Shown here: in pieces, positions 52,701 through 64,000 of the stretch | Position numbering within the stretch: position 1 is the first letter of the stretch | Layout: the number at the start of each line of letters is the position of its first letter | Origin: Pelomyxa schiedti | Taxonomy: Eukaryota > Protista > Evosea | Length of the DNA: 64,000 nucleotides | Direction of reading: 5' to 3' | Assembly: GCA_020536535.1 (NCBI GenBank) | Contig: JAHLWZ010000424.1 | Span: 1 to 64,000 of the forward strand | Program-made: the position numbers and the translations under genes | The notes under the pieces: model-generated | What the model was told of the DNA's origin: nothing | What the model saw: only the letters and a program-made list of their open reading frames with translations | The model's database searches: none

Positions 52701-53554
52701 ACTGACTGCTCAATTTGAGAGTTTCAGAAGTATAGAAAGCACCAAGTTCCACTAAGTTTTCAACAAGATGCAGGCTGTTTGACATGAAGTTCTCCATTGA
52801 AGTGGAATGTTGAATAACATGTGCAGAGAACATTCCAACAGAGTAACCAATGAAGTGATCAAAAGAATTACGAAACGAATAGTATCTCTTGGAGCCATTG
52901 ACATCAGAACTAGGTACAATTCCCAGGTCAGCAGACAAAGTAGCAACCAGGAAGTTCCCAAGTGAATACGTGCAAGTCAAAAACAAGGACAAAAAACTCA
53001 TCTCCAGTATGTGCAAGGAAGGACACTCCCCATCAGTTGTTATCCTTTTTTGTTCAAAAAAAAGTGAGTAGCCATACCTGCATTTTATGCTCTATTTAGA
53101 AATTTACAAAAAAATTTAATTGTTTAGACTTTTCTTTCCCCTCCTGATTTCTTATTTACCATGAGAAAACATCAACAGGGCGCTTCAGATTCACACAGGC
53201 CCAAATGGAATCATCTCCCAACTTGGCCTCAAGCGCCCCGGACGCCGCGTGCATGCTCCTCTCAACAAACTCCCTCACCAGGCCTCGGTCCCCATCTCCC
53301 ATAATTTCACAGTAGCAATCCTCGCCGCCGTGGTCCGAGCCTCCCCTCCCCGGCGTCGCGGCAGGCGGGCCGCCAGTGGCCGCCGCCCACCGCGACATCG
53401 CTCCCATAATAACCCCCTTGATCTCCCCTGGCTTCGGCGGCAGCCCCCCAAGCACGCAAATCCTGCCCCGAGCGGCTTCCGTCGTCTTCGTGCTCCCTTC
53501 GAGGCACCGCCCCCGTTGAGGCGCCACGTCTCGTTCGCCGTTGCTGCCGCTCAT
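43734..53554 (-). CDS. Nonribosomal peptide synthetase: starter acyltransferase-T-C-A-T-C-A-T-thioester reductase
   Basis: AT GYSVG and LPVHNAFH; T0 LGLNSL; C1 HHIIMDGWS; A1 FTSGSTGKPK, YGPTE, YKTGDL; T1 IGGDSI; C2 HHIVYDAWS; A2 FTSGTTGKPK, YRSGDL; T2 YGGTSL; R ITGVTGFVG, HIGAGVNH, GYECSKW, RPG. Confidence 0.93.
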
Positions 53555-53708
53555 TTTTTTTAGTTCTAAAAAAAAAGGATTTTTTAGGGTTTGATTTTCC
53601 TTGCAATTCGTTCGGTTTTGTATCTTTATTTCCCCCTTAGGGAAAATGTGGGTGTTTGTTGATGATCACAGGAATGCAGGTCGAACTGCGGTTACGTGTT
53701 TGGCACTA

Positions 53709-55799
53709 CTACTCGGTGTTGGTTTTGTTAGTGGTTGTAGTGCTACTAGTAGAAGTAGATGATGTGGATGTTGATGTTGTTGGTGCTGGAGTTGGGGTGT
53801 TGGCTTCGAATCGAACTACTATTACTGACATGTTCTCTGTGGATGCGCCCGGGTTTTTGTCAATGGCGGCCTGGACAACATTGGTGGAGGCTTCATAGGG
53901 GTCTGTGTACTGCTTTGCAACATTGATCGCTTCCTGTTGTGAAGTAAGCGGTGTGTCCGCGAATCGGATAATTGTTGATTGGTTCTGCAGTTTTTGTTAT
54001 TGTTGTTGGTAACCTGATTGGTAAGTATATCCCAAATTCCATCCGACGCAATTACAACAAAAGAGTCGTCTGGTTGCAAGTGCACACAACTGACATCAGG
54101 TATAGGACTTATTACTTGCTTAGGCACTTTGAACTCGTAATCTCCAATTGCCCGGGTAACGGCCAAGAAGCTTCTGTAAACGTGACGTAAACCTGGGTTG
54201 GAGTGGGACCTTGTATACTTGCCTACATATGCCCCCTCTTTGAACCCTTAGAGTGCCCTGGCCATCTCGATAAAGACTCCCACCAGCCTCCTTGATTCGC
54301 TTCGCCTCGTCCTGTCGCTGTGGCTTGTGGTCCTCTGTTAGTTGTTCAGCTACCTCACCTCTGAAGGTAACGTTAATGTAACATCAAGAGACTTGTTGTA
54401 CTTGCGCACCTGCAGAGTACCGCTCGGCAGTCTCCCAGATTGGCTATGTAGAGGGTCATTCTGCCCATGTGCATTTGGGTTAGGACGAGCAAGGCTGTTG
54501 AACCACTTTGGCAACCACAACATTTCCCAGCCTTCCCAAGGTATTTAGCCTCAACTTCAGCAAATGACTTCAATAGGATTGTCTTTATCATGTCTTCCCA
54601 TTCATGAATTTGTTGTTCAACCTGTTCCTGGGAATTTGTCATTTCATTGACTGTTTCTTCTTCTTCGATTTGTGCCGTGTCCTCTGGGTGTATGTCCCCA
54701 GTGTGGTTTGCATTGGAGGGTGAATTGATTCCACAAGTCATTGTTCCTCCCTCAGTAGTGGCAGTGTTTGAATGTGGCTTGTCGGAGGCATCAAGATTGT
54801 CCAAGGAAGGATGCGGCATTGTCTCTTGGGTGTGGTCTGTATCAATGTGCTGACTGGCGAGAATGTGCCTTGCGCGCCACTCTCTTCTGGCTTGAGCATA
54901 ATGAGTTTCTAAGACGTTGTGCAGCGTCCCACCAAGAAAGCTGCATCAGGAAAAGTGGCAACATGAAATGTGTTTGTCAATCAGGTTTCAAAGTAGAGAA
55001 GAGAAAAGTTAATTGTATACCGAGAGCAATCGTTGCCATAATGTCCGTCAAATATAGCGTTATATACAAGCATACTGGGTAAGCTTTTCCGTCCAACAAA
55101 TTTCCCACACACAACTGCATCGTCCTGATCAGTCCTGTTCCCAACAGACGAGAACCATCCAGAAGCCACATGGGAGATACCGCCGTACATGGAATATCTC
55201 GAACTGTGTTCACCATCAGGTATTGGATAAGAGAAGTCCTGTGATAGTGACATTTCTTCATAGAAAGTGAGGTTCTGTTTTGGCACCACAGTTGTTGTTT
55301 CCAAACACAAAGGAGCAACTGCGGCCGTGCTTCCCGATGCGGAATTCGACTGTTGATAATCACTCGGATCAATGGATGGGGTTACAACTCGTTCCACTGA
55401 GGTAGGATCTTCCCCGTCTGACTCGACTCCCTCGGTGTCGTTGCCGTCGGTGCTTTTTTCCACTTGTGGGAGACCTGGGGTAGGGCCAGCGGTAGTCGTT
55501 GAAGTCGTGCTAGTAGCAGTAGTCGTTGCCGTTGCCGTTTGCCGCGAGTCTGTCGACGTGGTGGTCGAGTCGGGTGGGGAGTTTGGTGCCTCGATCTCGG
55601 CCGCGTCGGTTATGGGATGAGTGACGAATTTGAGGGAGCGAGTTCTGGGAACTGGTGTGACCGGCGACGCGATTATGGTTCTTGGAGCCGAGTCGAGGGT
55701 GGCGCTCGAGCGACTCCTCTTGGTTTCTTTCTTGCTCATGATAGGTCTTTCCGGAGATCTCTTTTGTGACTGTTGCTTCCTGTTGCCGCCGCGGCGCAT
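53709..55799 (-). CDS. Protein phosphatase 2C family protein with long low-complexity N-terminus
   Basis: GNRTDQDD, AIFDGHYG, GSTA, ANLGDCRAVL, LTEDHKP, LAVTRAIGDYEFK, IASDGIWD, STENMSVIVV. Confidence 0.88.
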
Positions 55800-56088
55800 C
55801 ACCGCCTCGTATTACTACTAGATAGCAATTATTATTTCGGATCGAGATTTGATGAACCAAAAGTCTTCGTCTATGTGTGGTCGATTGGTGTGTTGGGCCC
55901 AACGTAGGGACTTGATGTCGCTGTGCAGGCGTTCTGAGCTGCGCGGCCGGTGAGAGGTTTCATTTGGTGCACCAGCTCTCCTTGCAAATTATGGTGTTCC
56001 GGCTTGGCCATTCCCTGCGACAAACTCCTCTGTGGTATGCCCATTACTCTGCTGGGAATATCGTCCTATGCCTGTGGTGAAAAATAAT

Positions 56089-58346
56089 TCAGTGAGTGGC
56101 AGCACATACGCCGTCCATCTCATAAGACCTAATCCAGAAATCGCTGACGAATTCCTTAAACACCTCCCACTGGGGTTCGTCCAGGGTACATTCCTTTCCA
56201 ACACGGTCCTCTTTCGTACCAGTTATGGCCACGACACCCCCTTCTTTGAGTTTGGTTAATGCCTTCTTCACCTGTGCATACAAGGTGTTTATAAATGGAA
56301 TATGCTGCGGGCAAGAACTAGAACTTACTTTGTATATGTCTCTCTGTGTGATAGTTCTGGGGATGTGAGATACGGTGTCCTGATACAAGAACAAGGCACC
56401 GCTATTCCAGTGGCTGATGATTGTCTCGCTGTCCACCTGGAAATCTTCTGGTATCAACACAATCGACCCTGACGAGGAATGGTTACTGATAAACCCTCTG
56501 CCTAGCTTCACCATCTCACTTGTTTTTGTTTGCTAAATGATAATTTATAATTATAATGTGTCTTTTTTGCAAGCAGGCAACACACGCCAATTTTTTTGAC
56601 ATGTGCACAAGGGAAATTTTTTTTTTGCAACGAAATCAGAGAAAGGACAAGAAAGCCCGGCGTCAATAATCTCCTCTGTTGTCCACCTGGAAATCCTTCC
56701 AGAATCCGTACAATCGACCCGACTAACTTTAGCTCTCTTCATCGCTATCTTCGCCACTATCCTCTGGATCGTCAGACTCTTCGTATGGGTGTTTGGGAGT
56801 TGTGACAGGGTGCAGTGCCATCNNNNNNNNNNNNNNNNNNNNNNNNNNNNNNNNNNNNNNNNNNNNNNNNNNNNNNNNNNNNNNNNNNNNNNNNNNNNNN
56901 NNNNNNNNNNNNNNNNNNNNNNGAATCCGTACAATCGACCCGACTAACTTTAGCTCTCTTCATCGCTATCTTCGCCACTATCCTCTGGATCGTCAGACTC
57001 TTCGTATGGGTGTTTGGGAGTTGTGACAGGGTGCAGTGCCATCAGATCTCGAGATGTTGCCCCCCACACATGTGTGAAAATCAGGCTTATGACGTTCTCT
57101 GGGAGCCTTGGCAGCACCGGCGTAGATCTGTTGGTCGCCAGAATCCTGAACAGTGTGCAGATTGACAATCTCGCAGATCTGGGCGCCAGTCGGTGCTTGC
57201 TTGGGGTCCACCGGGGGTACATTGCAGATAACAGACCCGCCGGACTGGGACTCTGGTCGCACAGCTGCTTCGTTGTGAGAATCTTGGGGCCTTCGTGGTA
57301 CTGAGGTGAAGTATCAGCCCCATGCAATATCTTGCAAAAAAGTACGTGAGAAACTTCTCTGTGACTGCTGCTATTTGTATACGAACCAGTAGAGATACAA
57401 GATCCGGGCGGTTATCAATGATGGCCCTGTGCAGAGCCACTTCAGAGACTGGCACGTTTCTGATCTTGCTGACGTAATTAGGATCTCGGGGATCGTCGGT
57501 CCCAGATTCGGTGTCAGGTATATTTTCATGCTTAACGTGGTTGGTCACCAGATTCGCATTGGCACCTCTCTGGAATCTTGTAAATAGACTCACCAAAAAA
57601 ACTGGTAAGTAGAAACCTCAAGGAGAGTTTGGGCCATCGGAAGGTTATTATTTGCACAAGCGAGGAAGAGAGCCGTTTGCATTGTGTTGGTTCTTGGTCC
57701 ATATTCAGACTGCCCACTTTGGTTTTTTTGGTTTCACTGAAATCGGGATAGGGAAGAAGTTTTGTACCTATCAACAAAAAGACTATCAACCTTGGCCCCT
57801 GCATCGAGAAGGGCGTTCAAAAAAGCCACATTTCCGGAAATGACAGCTTCATGAATGGGGTACTCCATTCTTTGTCCATCATACCTTCAATGAAGAAAGG
57901 GGAGTAAGGATAATGAAGCAGAACTGGTTTCGATTGACCTCATAGTATGTGCATCACGTAAATGTGGGATGTTGGGATCTGCTCCATGCTTGAGGAATAA
58001 TATCTGGAGGTCAGCGTTGTCCGTGCCCTGAATCATCTGGAATGCGGTTTCCTCGACACCACACCCTCGCCAGTCGTAATCCTCATACCTGAATTGAGTG
58101 GTAGGGATATGCAGGACAAGAAAGCAAGAAGGACGTTTTACTTACTTTGCATTCACCTTTGCACCGTGCTCCAGAAGTAATGTTATTGCCTCTACCCTTG
58201 ATGGACTATTCCAAGCCTTTATTGCTAGATGTATTGGACTCACCCTAGTCCTTGCGCCCCAAGTTCCCTCTTTAAAACTCTAAAACCCCTTAGTAATAGC
58301 GACAGACAAAATAGAACATAACAGCAACAACAACAACAGCAAAAAA

Positions 58347-58426
<80 letters not shown>

Positions 58427-58630
58427 AAAAAGAAACATAGGCACCTCAAAGGCAGCGTTGGCGCCCATGTCATTCAGCAGAGACTTCATCTTGCCCACAT
58501 CGCACTTGCGGCTGGCCGCGAGCAACTCCTCATCAACGCCTCTGGATCCTGCCCCTTCATCGCTTCCCCCTTCCTCGTCTCCATCCGACACCTCCAGCTC
58601 CTCGCCCTCACCCGAACGCTCGTCGCTCAT
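56089..58630 (-). CDS. Ankyrin-repeat protein with C-terminal F-box/SOCS-like motif
   Basis: LLAASRKCD...LLNDMGA, PIHLAI...LLLEHGAKVN, FLKHGADPN, ALHRAI...HGADTS; RLPENVISLIF. Spans a gap; the last exon assignment is tentative. Confidence 0.72.
56702..57043. other. Assembly gap (N 56823-56922) flanked by a direct duplicate of about 120 bp
   Basis: gaatccgtacaatc...cagtgccatc is present on both sides of the Ns. Confidence 0.9.
58351..58425. repeat. Poly-A homopolymer (poly-T in an ankyrin gene intron)
   Basis: Direct run of about 75 A. Confidence 0.95.
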
Positions 58631-58686
58631 TTTTCGGTTTCAAGCGGTTTTTTTTGTTTCGTTGAAGGGGAATTCGTGTTTATGCT

Positions 58687-61600
58687 TTACAAATAGAAAA
58701 GGATTCTGTGGATGATGTCCAGAGGAAGATCTCTCATCAGACAATCCTCGTTGTCGCCGTTCTTGAATTTGGCAATAAACAGCAATCTGGCAATGTTCCA
58801 CGCCACTATTGGCTTGTTAGAACTTATCCTTTGCGGAGTGGGTGTGGCAAGCAAAAGGCACTCACCAAAAGATGGCGGTGTCGGAACCGGCAAGATTTCT
58901 GCAGAATTTGTCACTTCGACTGTGCAATGCCACGGCCCGCGATCTGCAACAAAGTCCAAGATGTCAGTCCCGGAACATCCATTTGATCCCAGTGGAAGCC
59001 ACATTTCGAGGCTTCTGTGGTTGCTCGTGCTCAGTCTCAGCATATTGGATTGTATCTGGCTGTAATCAGGAAATGGGTACTTAATTATTGCATACCTCTT
59101 GTTCCGTGCGTGCACAGGACCACAGTCTCACGTCCCTAATGAAACCTTTGCACCCAAATGTGGCAGTAGATCCGGCGCCATCCCAATCTTTTGTGGCTCC
59201 TATTTTAAGTAGCTCTGTTGCGCCAAATGTTACTGGTGATGAACCAGCATCAGTAGTGGCTACAATGTCTCCATTTAGATATCTGCACCAAAAAGACATC
59301 AGGTTTTTTTAAGAATTAACGAAGTTGGAAACTGATTGCAAGTGGGAGGGAAAAATACAAAGTAATTCGGCCAGAATCATAAACTCCACATAAATGCCCC
59401 CAATAGCTCTGTATGAGAAAAGTTACTATTATCGTCACGAGGTAAGGAAGAAAAAAAAAAGCAGACATACATTAGGTAGCAACCCCGCTGTCACACATGT
59501 TTCCACAGAATTGACATAAAACATGACACTGCCTGTTGGAGTTTTTTTGGAATAGGCCAGTGGCAGTTGATATGTGCTTACCATTATTGCTAAAAAATCC
59601 AAATCCTTTTTGACTTGAGCCCTTTGTAATAATAATCTGCAAAAAATAAACAATTTGTCGAAAGGAGNNNNNNNNNNNNNNNNNNNNNNNNNNNNNNNNN
59701 NNNNNNNNNNNNNNNNNNNNNNNNNNNNNNNNNNNNNNNNNNNNNNNNNNNNNNNNNNNNNNNNNNNGTTGTGACCCTTCATTGCTCAGAAGATCATGAT
59801 CTACGGGAAAGTCATTACTGCCAAGTGGAAGCCAGCAGACAAGGTCAGGTGAACGTCTATCAGATGCCGAAAGAACATTCATGTTTTCCATAATCTGACG
59901 AATAAATTTCAAGAGAAGGAAATGGGAGAGAATAAATACCTGAGATGGAGTTCTTGCACATCTCCAGATTCTTACATCTTGAACAGAGCCAGTGAAGCCA
60001 TATGGATGTGGTGCATTGTTGTACGTGCAGTAACCAATGTGAACAGGAGCTACATTGGGTATAATGGCCGCAGCCCCATTAACACTTGATTGACGACTGC
60101 CGTTGATGTACCTATTTCATATTATATGTGGAATAGAGGCAGTATTGCCAAGGAGAAACCATACAGTTGAGTTTGGCCATTGTCAAACACACCACAAATG
60201 TGCGTCCAAAGCCCCTATTGGTTTGTAAGTGGATAAATCTCCCGTTACTTAGGAGTACTTGCCGCTGTTAGTATATATGATGGAGTTACTTGCCCACTCC
60301 AGCCATTTACAAAGAAGATTACAGTTCCAGCTGTAGGTGTGAACGAGGAATCAAAAGAACTTTCTCAAGTACCACTCTGGGCAATTAAGCCATAGCCATT
60401 CATGTCCCATCCTTCTGTTAACTTTGAAACGTACACCTTCAATGTTCGATGTCACGAAAATAATATTAACACGACATTATATAAACATACAGCCCAAGTT
60501 GGTAAATCAGAGGTATCCTGACAGAAAAGCCAACACTCAACTGTTAGAGTACGATCTGGGTTTAGAGAGTCATGGTGCGGTATAAGGAGCCCAGTGTCCG
60601 GACTTGGAAGAAACAAGCACCTGCTCGAACTTAAGAAGGTGGGATGAAGAATAGTTTGTAGGAAGGTGGTGAAACCTTCCTCTACTCGCATTGTTACGTT
60701 CTAAACTTGCTACTTCTGCTGGAATATGGACAGGCTGCATAGAGAAAATAAGTTCGCATAAAGGGTGAAGGGGTTCTCTACCATTTTTGGAGAATCCTGA
60801 GGTGCGGCAGCGTAGTTGACCATGAATGGACTCCCTGTTTGTGTTACACGATGACCGTGTGAGCTCCTGTCAGCCAAAAAATTGCCGTCATTAGTATTAA
60901 GTGGAAGCCAGAGAAGAAGTTTTGAGAAGTCATCTTGAGAAACTCCATTTGCCAAACAATTTGTAATCTTTTGTTCTTACATTTTAGTGTAGGAGTGATT
61001 GCATACCTCTTGAGGTGTTCTGGCACAATTCCAAATTCTCACATCTTTCACAAATCCAGTAAAACCGTAAACTGTCTCATACGTCCGCCATTTTGTATAC
61101 CCAAGTCGAATACTGGAGTCGGAGCTGTGCGTGATTTCCCTGAATTCCTCATTTCTTGCTGTCTTCTCACATATTCCATTCAGATAACTTGCCAAGAAGT
61201 GACCTCTTAGAAACAAAGATAGTAGCATACATTTTGACTTCACCTTTGTCAAAGACACCACAAACGTGAGTCCATGTATTCTGCAATATTTTACGTGAGT
61301 GGGTTTCAGAGCAACTGGAGTTCCTACTTGCGGGAGTGCAACACATTCTGTGTGGAGTCCAGACCATCCTCCAACGAAGAAATATATGTTCCCAGCTTTG
61401 GGGATGGGTCATGTAAGAGCATGTAATACAATGCAGAAGCTACTACCTGATGTACCAATCAAGCCATAACCAGTAGTATCCCATTCCTGGTTAAGTTTGG
61501 CCACGTATACCTTTTCCACGTTAAGAATGCATAGTGAGGACAGGGTTGATGGGCATACTGGATATCCAGAGGTATCACCAGGATATCTGTAGAATATATA

Positions 61601-61932
61601 CATCTCCACTGCAACAGCTTTTTTTGGGCACAAAACCGCCGAGTGTGGAATCACTAGCCCACAGTTTTTGGAGCGAAAAAGTGCACATCCCGCATCTCCT
61701 TGGTGGAATTAGAACCAAGAGACAAAATAAAGAAGTAGAACTTCGAACCAGGTATAATGGGATGCTCATTTCGAGTCGTTATCGTTGTCGAAGTTGAGGA
61801 AGACGGCGGCGTGGCAGATTCGGACCTCGCTCTGCTCCCATAATCGGCCCCCACGCCCGACACAATCGGTTGCACTCTGGGTTGGTCCCCGCTGTCACTC
61901 ATCGACCGTTTTTTTCTGTTGGCGTTTCCCAT
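58687..61932 (-). CDS. Concanavalin A-like/LamG (laminin G3) repeat protein, possibly N-myristoylated
   Basis: Three repeats ending GF.G.(V/I).DVR(I/L)W.CART..E(V/I), with WTHVCGVFD-type and YLNG/YING motifs; starts MGNAN; ends LPLDIIHRILFYL. Contains the gap at 59668-59767. Confidence 0.8.
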
Positions 61933-62149
61933 TTTCAAAATAAGGATTTGCCGATCCAAACAGAAAGATACCAATTTTTCTTCTCCACCAGATACGAAAC
62001 AAATACAGGAATCACCCACAGAATGGATGGAGGTTGGTATTGTATGCCAGTTGGAAAATGAGGTGGATGAGGTTCAGGGGGATGTGACAGAGTGGTGGGG
62101 GTGCCTTCTTCCACCCTATAATCTGTTTTGGGTTTTGATTTGACAAATG

Positions 62150-63244
62150 AATAGTTATTTTGGGAATGTACAAAGGACTTTATTGCGGTATTCAAGGTGT
62201 AAACTGCTCTCAACTCGTGCAATCGCATAGAGGTTGTTGATGTATCATCAAATGGATTGGAAATAACTTAATGCCGTTGGTTAACCTAATGATAGACTGC
62301 TAATTACTTGAAAGTTCCCTTAATGCAGGTAATGCGACAATGCGCAGCGGAATCCTTATGATTCTGTTGGCAGAAACTAGCGAATACTGAATAGGAAAAA
62401 GTGGTGGTAACTTACAATCTAATTGCTGTAATGATGACATGCCAGTGATACAGGGAGGAATTTCCGTAATTTGATTGCCACCCACTATCGCAGAGTGAGA
62501 AAGCCATATTTATGGAAACATGTTACATACAGTACATTTCCTTTAGGCACGTTAGGCAACCTATCTGATTTGATATGCGACAAATACTGTTAGATCTCAC
62601 TGTGGACACGATTTGTCGCTGTTACATGTATTGGGGCAATTTTATATTTATTAACAACTTAGAATCCGCACGTTGTAGGACAAGTAATGCAGTAAGTCCA
62701 CCTATTGCAGGTGGTATTTCAGTTAAGTTATTGTCAGACACTGGCTTTCGTTAGTCAAAAAATAAAGCTCAGAAGCAACACACAATTTAGGGTTAGAAGT
62801 CCGTTTAGGCGGTAGATTTCATTGGGTATGTTGGAAATACGATTATGAGACACTAGAAAGTTCTAAGCAAATTTGTGGATAAGGAAAACATGTACATGTC
62901 AGGTGTTGCAATGAAGGTAAACATCCAATTTCAGGAGGAATGCGTGCAATTTTGTTTTTGTACACTTTTTTTTGTTTTTCAAAGTGAGCTGTTGGAAAAA
63001 TGACAGGAAATGCACACAATCCAATGTGTTTAAGGCAGTGAGGTGGCTAATTGCGGAAGGTATTTCAGTAATGTCGCCCGATCGCACTGCCCAGCAACAA
63101 ATTAAGGGACAGCCAGTCGACTTTAAAAGATGAACACAAAGGAGAAAAACCGCAGAGAGTAGTCTTGGGAGTTGGACTATTTGCGTTGTACTTTCTCATT
63201 GTCGCTATTGTCTTTGCAAACAACCCATCTCCGGTCTTCATCAT
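62150..63244 (-). CDS. Leucine-rich repeat protein
   Basis: Roughly one LRR per exon: ITEIPSAISHLTALNTLD, NRISNIPNEIYRLNGLLTL, NNLTEIPPAIGGLTAL, NQITEIPPCITGMSSLQQLD. The 3' end is uncertain. Confidence 0.75.
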
Positions 63245-63381
63245 CTGTGATTTTATTTGCAGACAATTATCAACAGACGGTCGTTCCCAGAACTCAGAAG
63301 GCGGCGCGCAAGCAAACAACACTTTCGATGACGGCGACGCTCCCAATGAGTCAAGAACAAAACGAAAAGAAAGCTGCGTGA

Positions 63382-64000
63382 ATGGAGCAAGGTGGCGACG
63401 ACCTCGGCGCGGACGACAACGAGCACGACGGCCCCGACGAGGACGCGGGGCGAGGCCTCCTGCCCCCCGGGCTCCTGAGGAGGATCAACTCGACGGTCCG
63501 GCGCACCTCACGCATGGCAGAAATCACCTCGGCCCTGCAGCGCAGGGCGCAGGGGGCGGCGTCCGAGTCGGAGAAGCAGGCGGTCGTGGCCGAGGGGGCG
63601 GGGATGCTGAGGGCGGCCGGCGGCCTGCTGGCCAGGGTCCAGGACCACCTGCTCGACCTGCTGGAGCCGCTGCCCGACGGCGTCCCCGTGATCGACGGGC
63701 TCTCCGAGCTGCAGAGGATCACCGCCGTGTCGCGCATGTTTTCGAGCCATATAAGGGGTCACTTTGGCGGCGCAACGGAATTATGGCACGTGATGAGCAG
63801 CAGGCCGTGGTTGCATGTATCGCAAAGTGCTGATAATGATAGAGGAGGAGGAGGAGGAGGAGTGGCAGGTGGGATAGGAAAAGGCAAGGGGAGGAGGAGG
63901 AGGAGGAGATACTACGACATGGTGGTGTGTGCGTGTGTGCTGGACACGGTGAGGTCTATCATTTCCGAGTTCGAGGTTCTGAGTGACTTGGTGCCTGGGA
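63382..64000 (+). CDS. Partial GC-rich ORF running off the window; weak methyltransferase-like motif
   Basis: Open from ATG 63382 to the window end; ends YDMVVCACVLDTVRSIISEFEVLSDLVPG. Confidence 0.5.
   Translation, partial: MEQGGDDLGADDNEHDGPDEDAGRGLLPPGLLRRINSTVRRTSRMAEITSALQRRAQGAASESEKQAVVAEGAGMLRAAGGLLARVQDHLLDLLEPLPDGVPVIDGLSELQRITAVSRMFSSHIRGHFGGATELWHVMSSRPWLHVSQSADNDRGGGGGGVAGGIGKGKGRRRRRRYYDMVVCACVLDTVRSIISEFEVLSDLVPG

Noticed and set aside
43734-53554. NRPS as bacterial contamination
   Set aside because: It has spliceosomal introns at both ends and base composition like its eukaryotic neighbours.
38010-55799. A biosynthetic gene cluster around the NRPS
   Set aside because: The immediate neighbours are a VPS9 GEF and PP2C; no PPTase, transporter or tailoring enzyme is evident apart from an unlinked-looking MBL hydrolase.
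56702-57043. Biological tandem repeat or target-site duplication
   Set aside because: An exact duplicate on both sides of a 100-N gap is typical of unmerged contig overlap.
58240-58473. Poly-Phe/poly-Cys ORF (and similar antisense low-complexity ORFs at 14535-15145 and 20577-21075)
   Set aside because: These are translations of intronic homopolymers or antisense shadows of real genes.
63065-63346. N-myristoylated start MGASPSS for the LRR gene
   Set aside because: That ORF begins with TTG; the first ATG is at 63244.
1-64000. CRISPR arrays, tRNA/rRNA genes, transposons
   Set aside because: No repeat-spacer arrays, transposase/RT motifs or recognisable structural RNAs were seen by eye; a covariance-model scan would be needed to exclude small RNAs.

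Overview
Gene-dense eukaryotic DNA with many short (mostly about 40-90 nt) spliceosomal introns, very short intergenic spacers, and TAA, TAG and TGA all used as stops. Gene content (Roco kinase, Rab, VPS9, LamG/ankyrin families) fits an amoebozoan protist; a Pelomyxa-like archamoeba is my guess, not shown. About 19 genes: two recently duplicated atypical Rab GTPases, a class IV sirtuin fused to a YEATS-like domain, a RhoGAP-myotubularin-LRR-Roc-COR-kinase, an orphan poly-Q protein, GlcNAc kinase, a secreted Cys-repeat protein, an eRF1 with NIKS changed to CIKS, a giant NACHT-pentapeptide-WD40 NLR-like protein directly downstream of an RWD-ADP-ribosyltransferase-vWA protein, a double-endosulfine protein, ethanolamine kinase, an MBL-fold hydrolase, a VPS9 GEF, PP2C, ankyrin, LamG and LRR proteins. 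The most striking gene is an intron-containing stand-alone NRPS (starter acyltransferase-T-C-A-T-C-A-T-reductase) that I infer makes an N-acyl dipeptide aldehyde or alcohol. There are three 100-N gaps, two with duplicated or chimeric flanks. Gene boundaries come from manual splice reconstruction and are approximate; no database searches were run.
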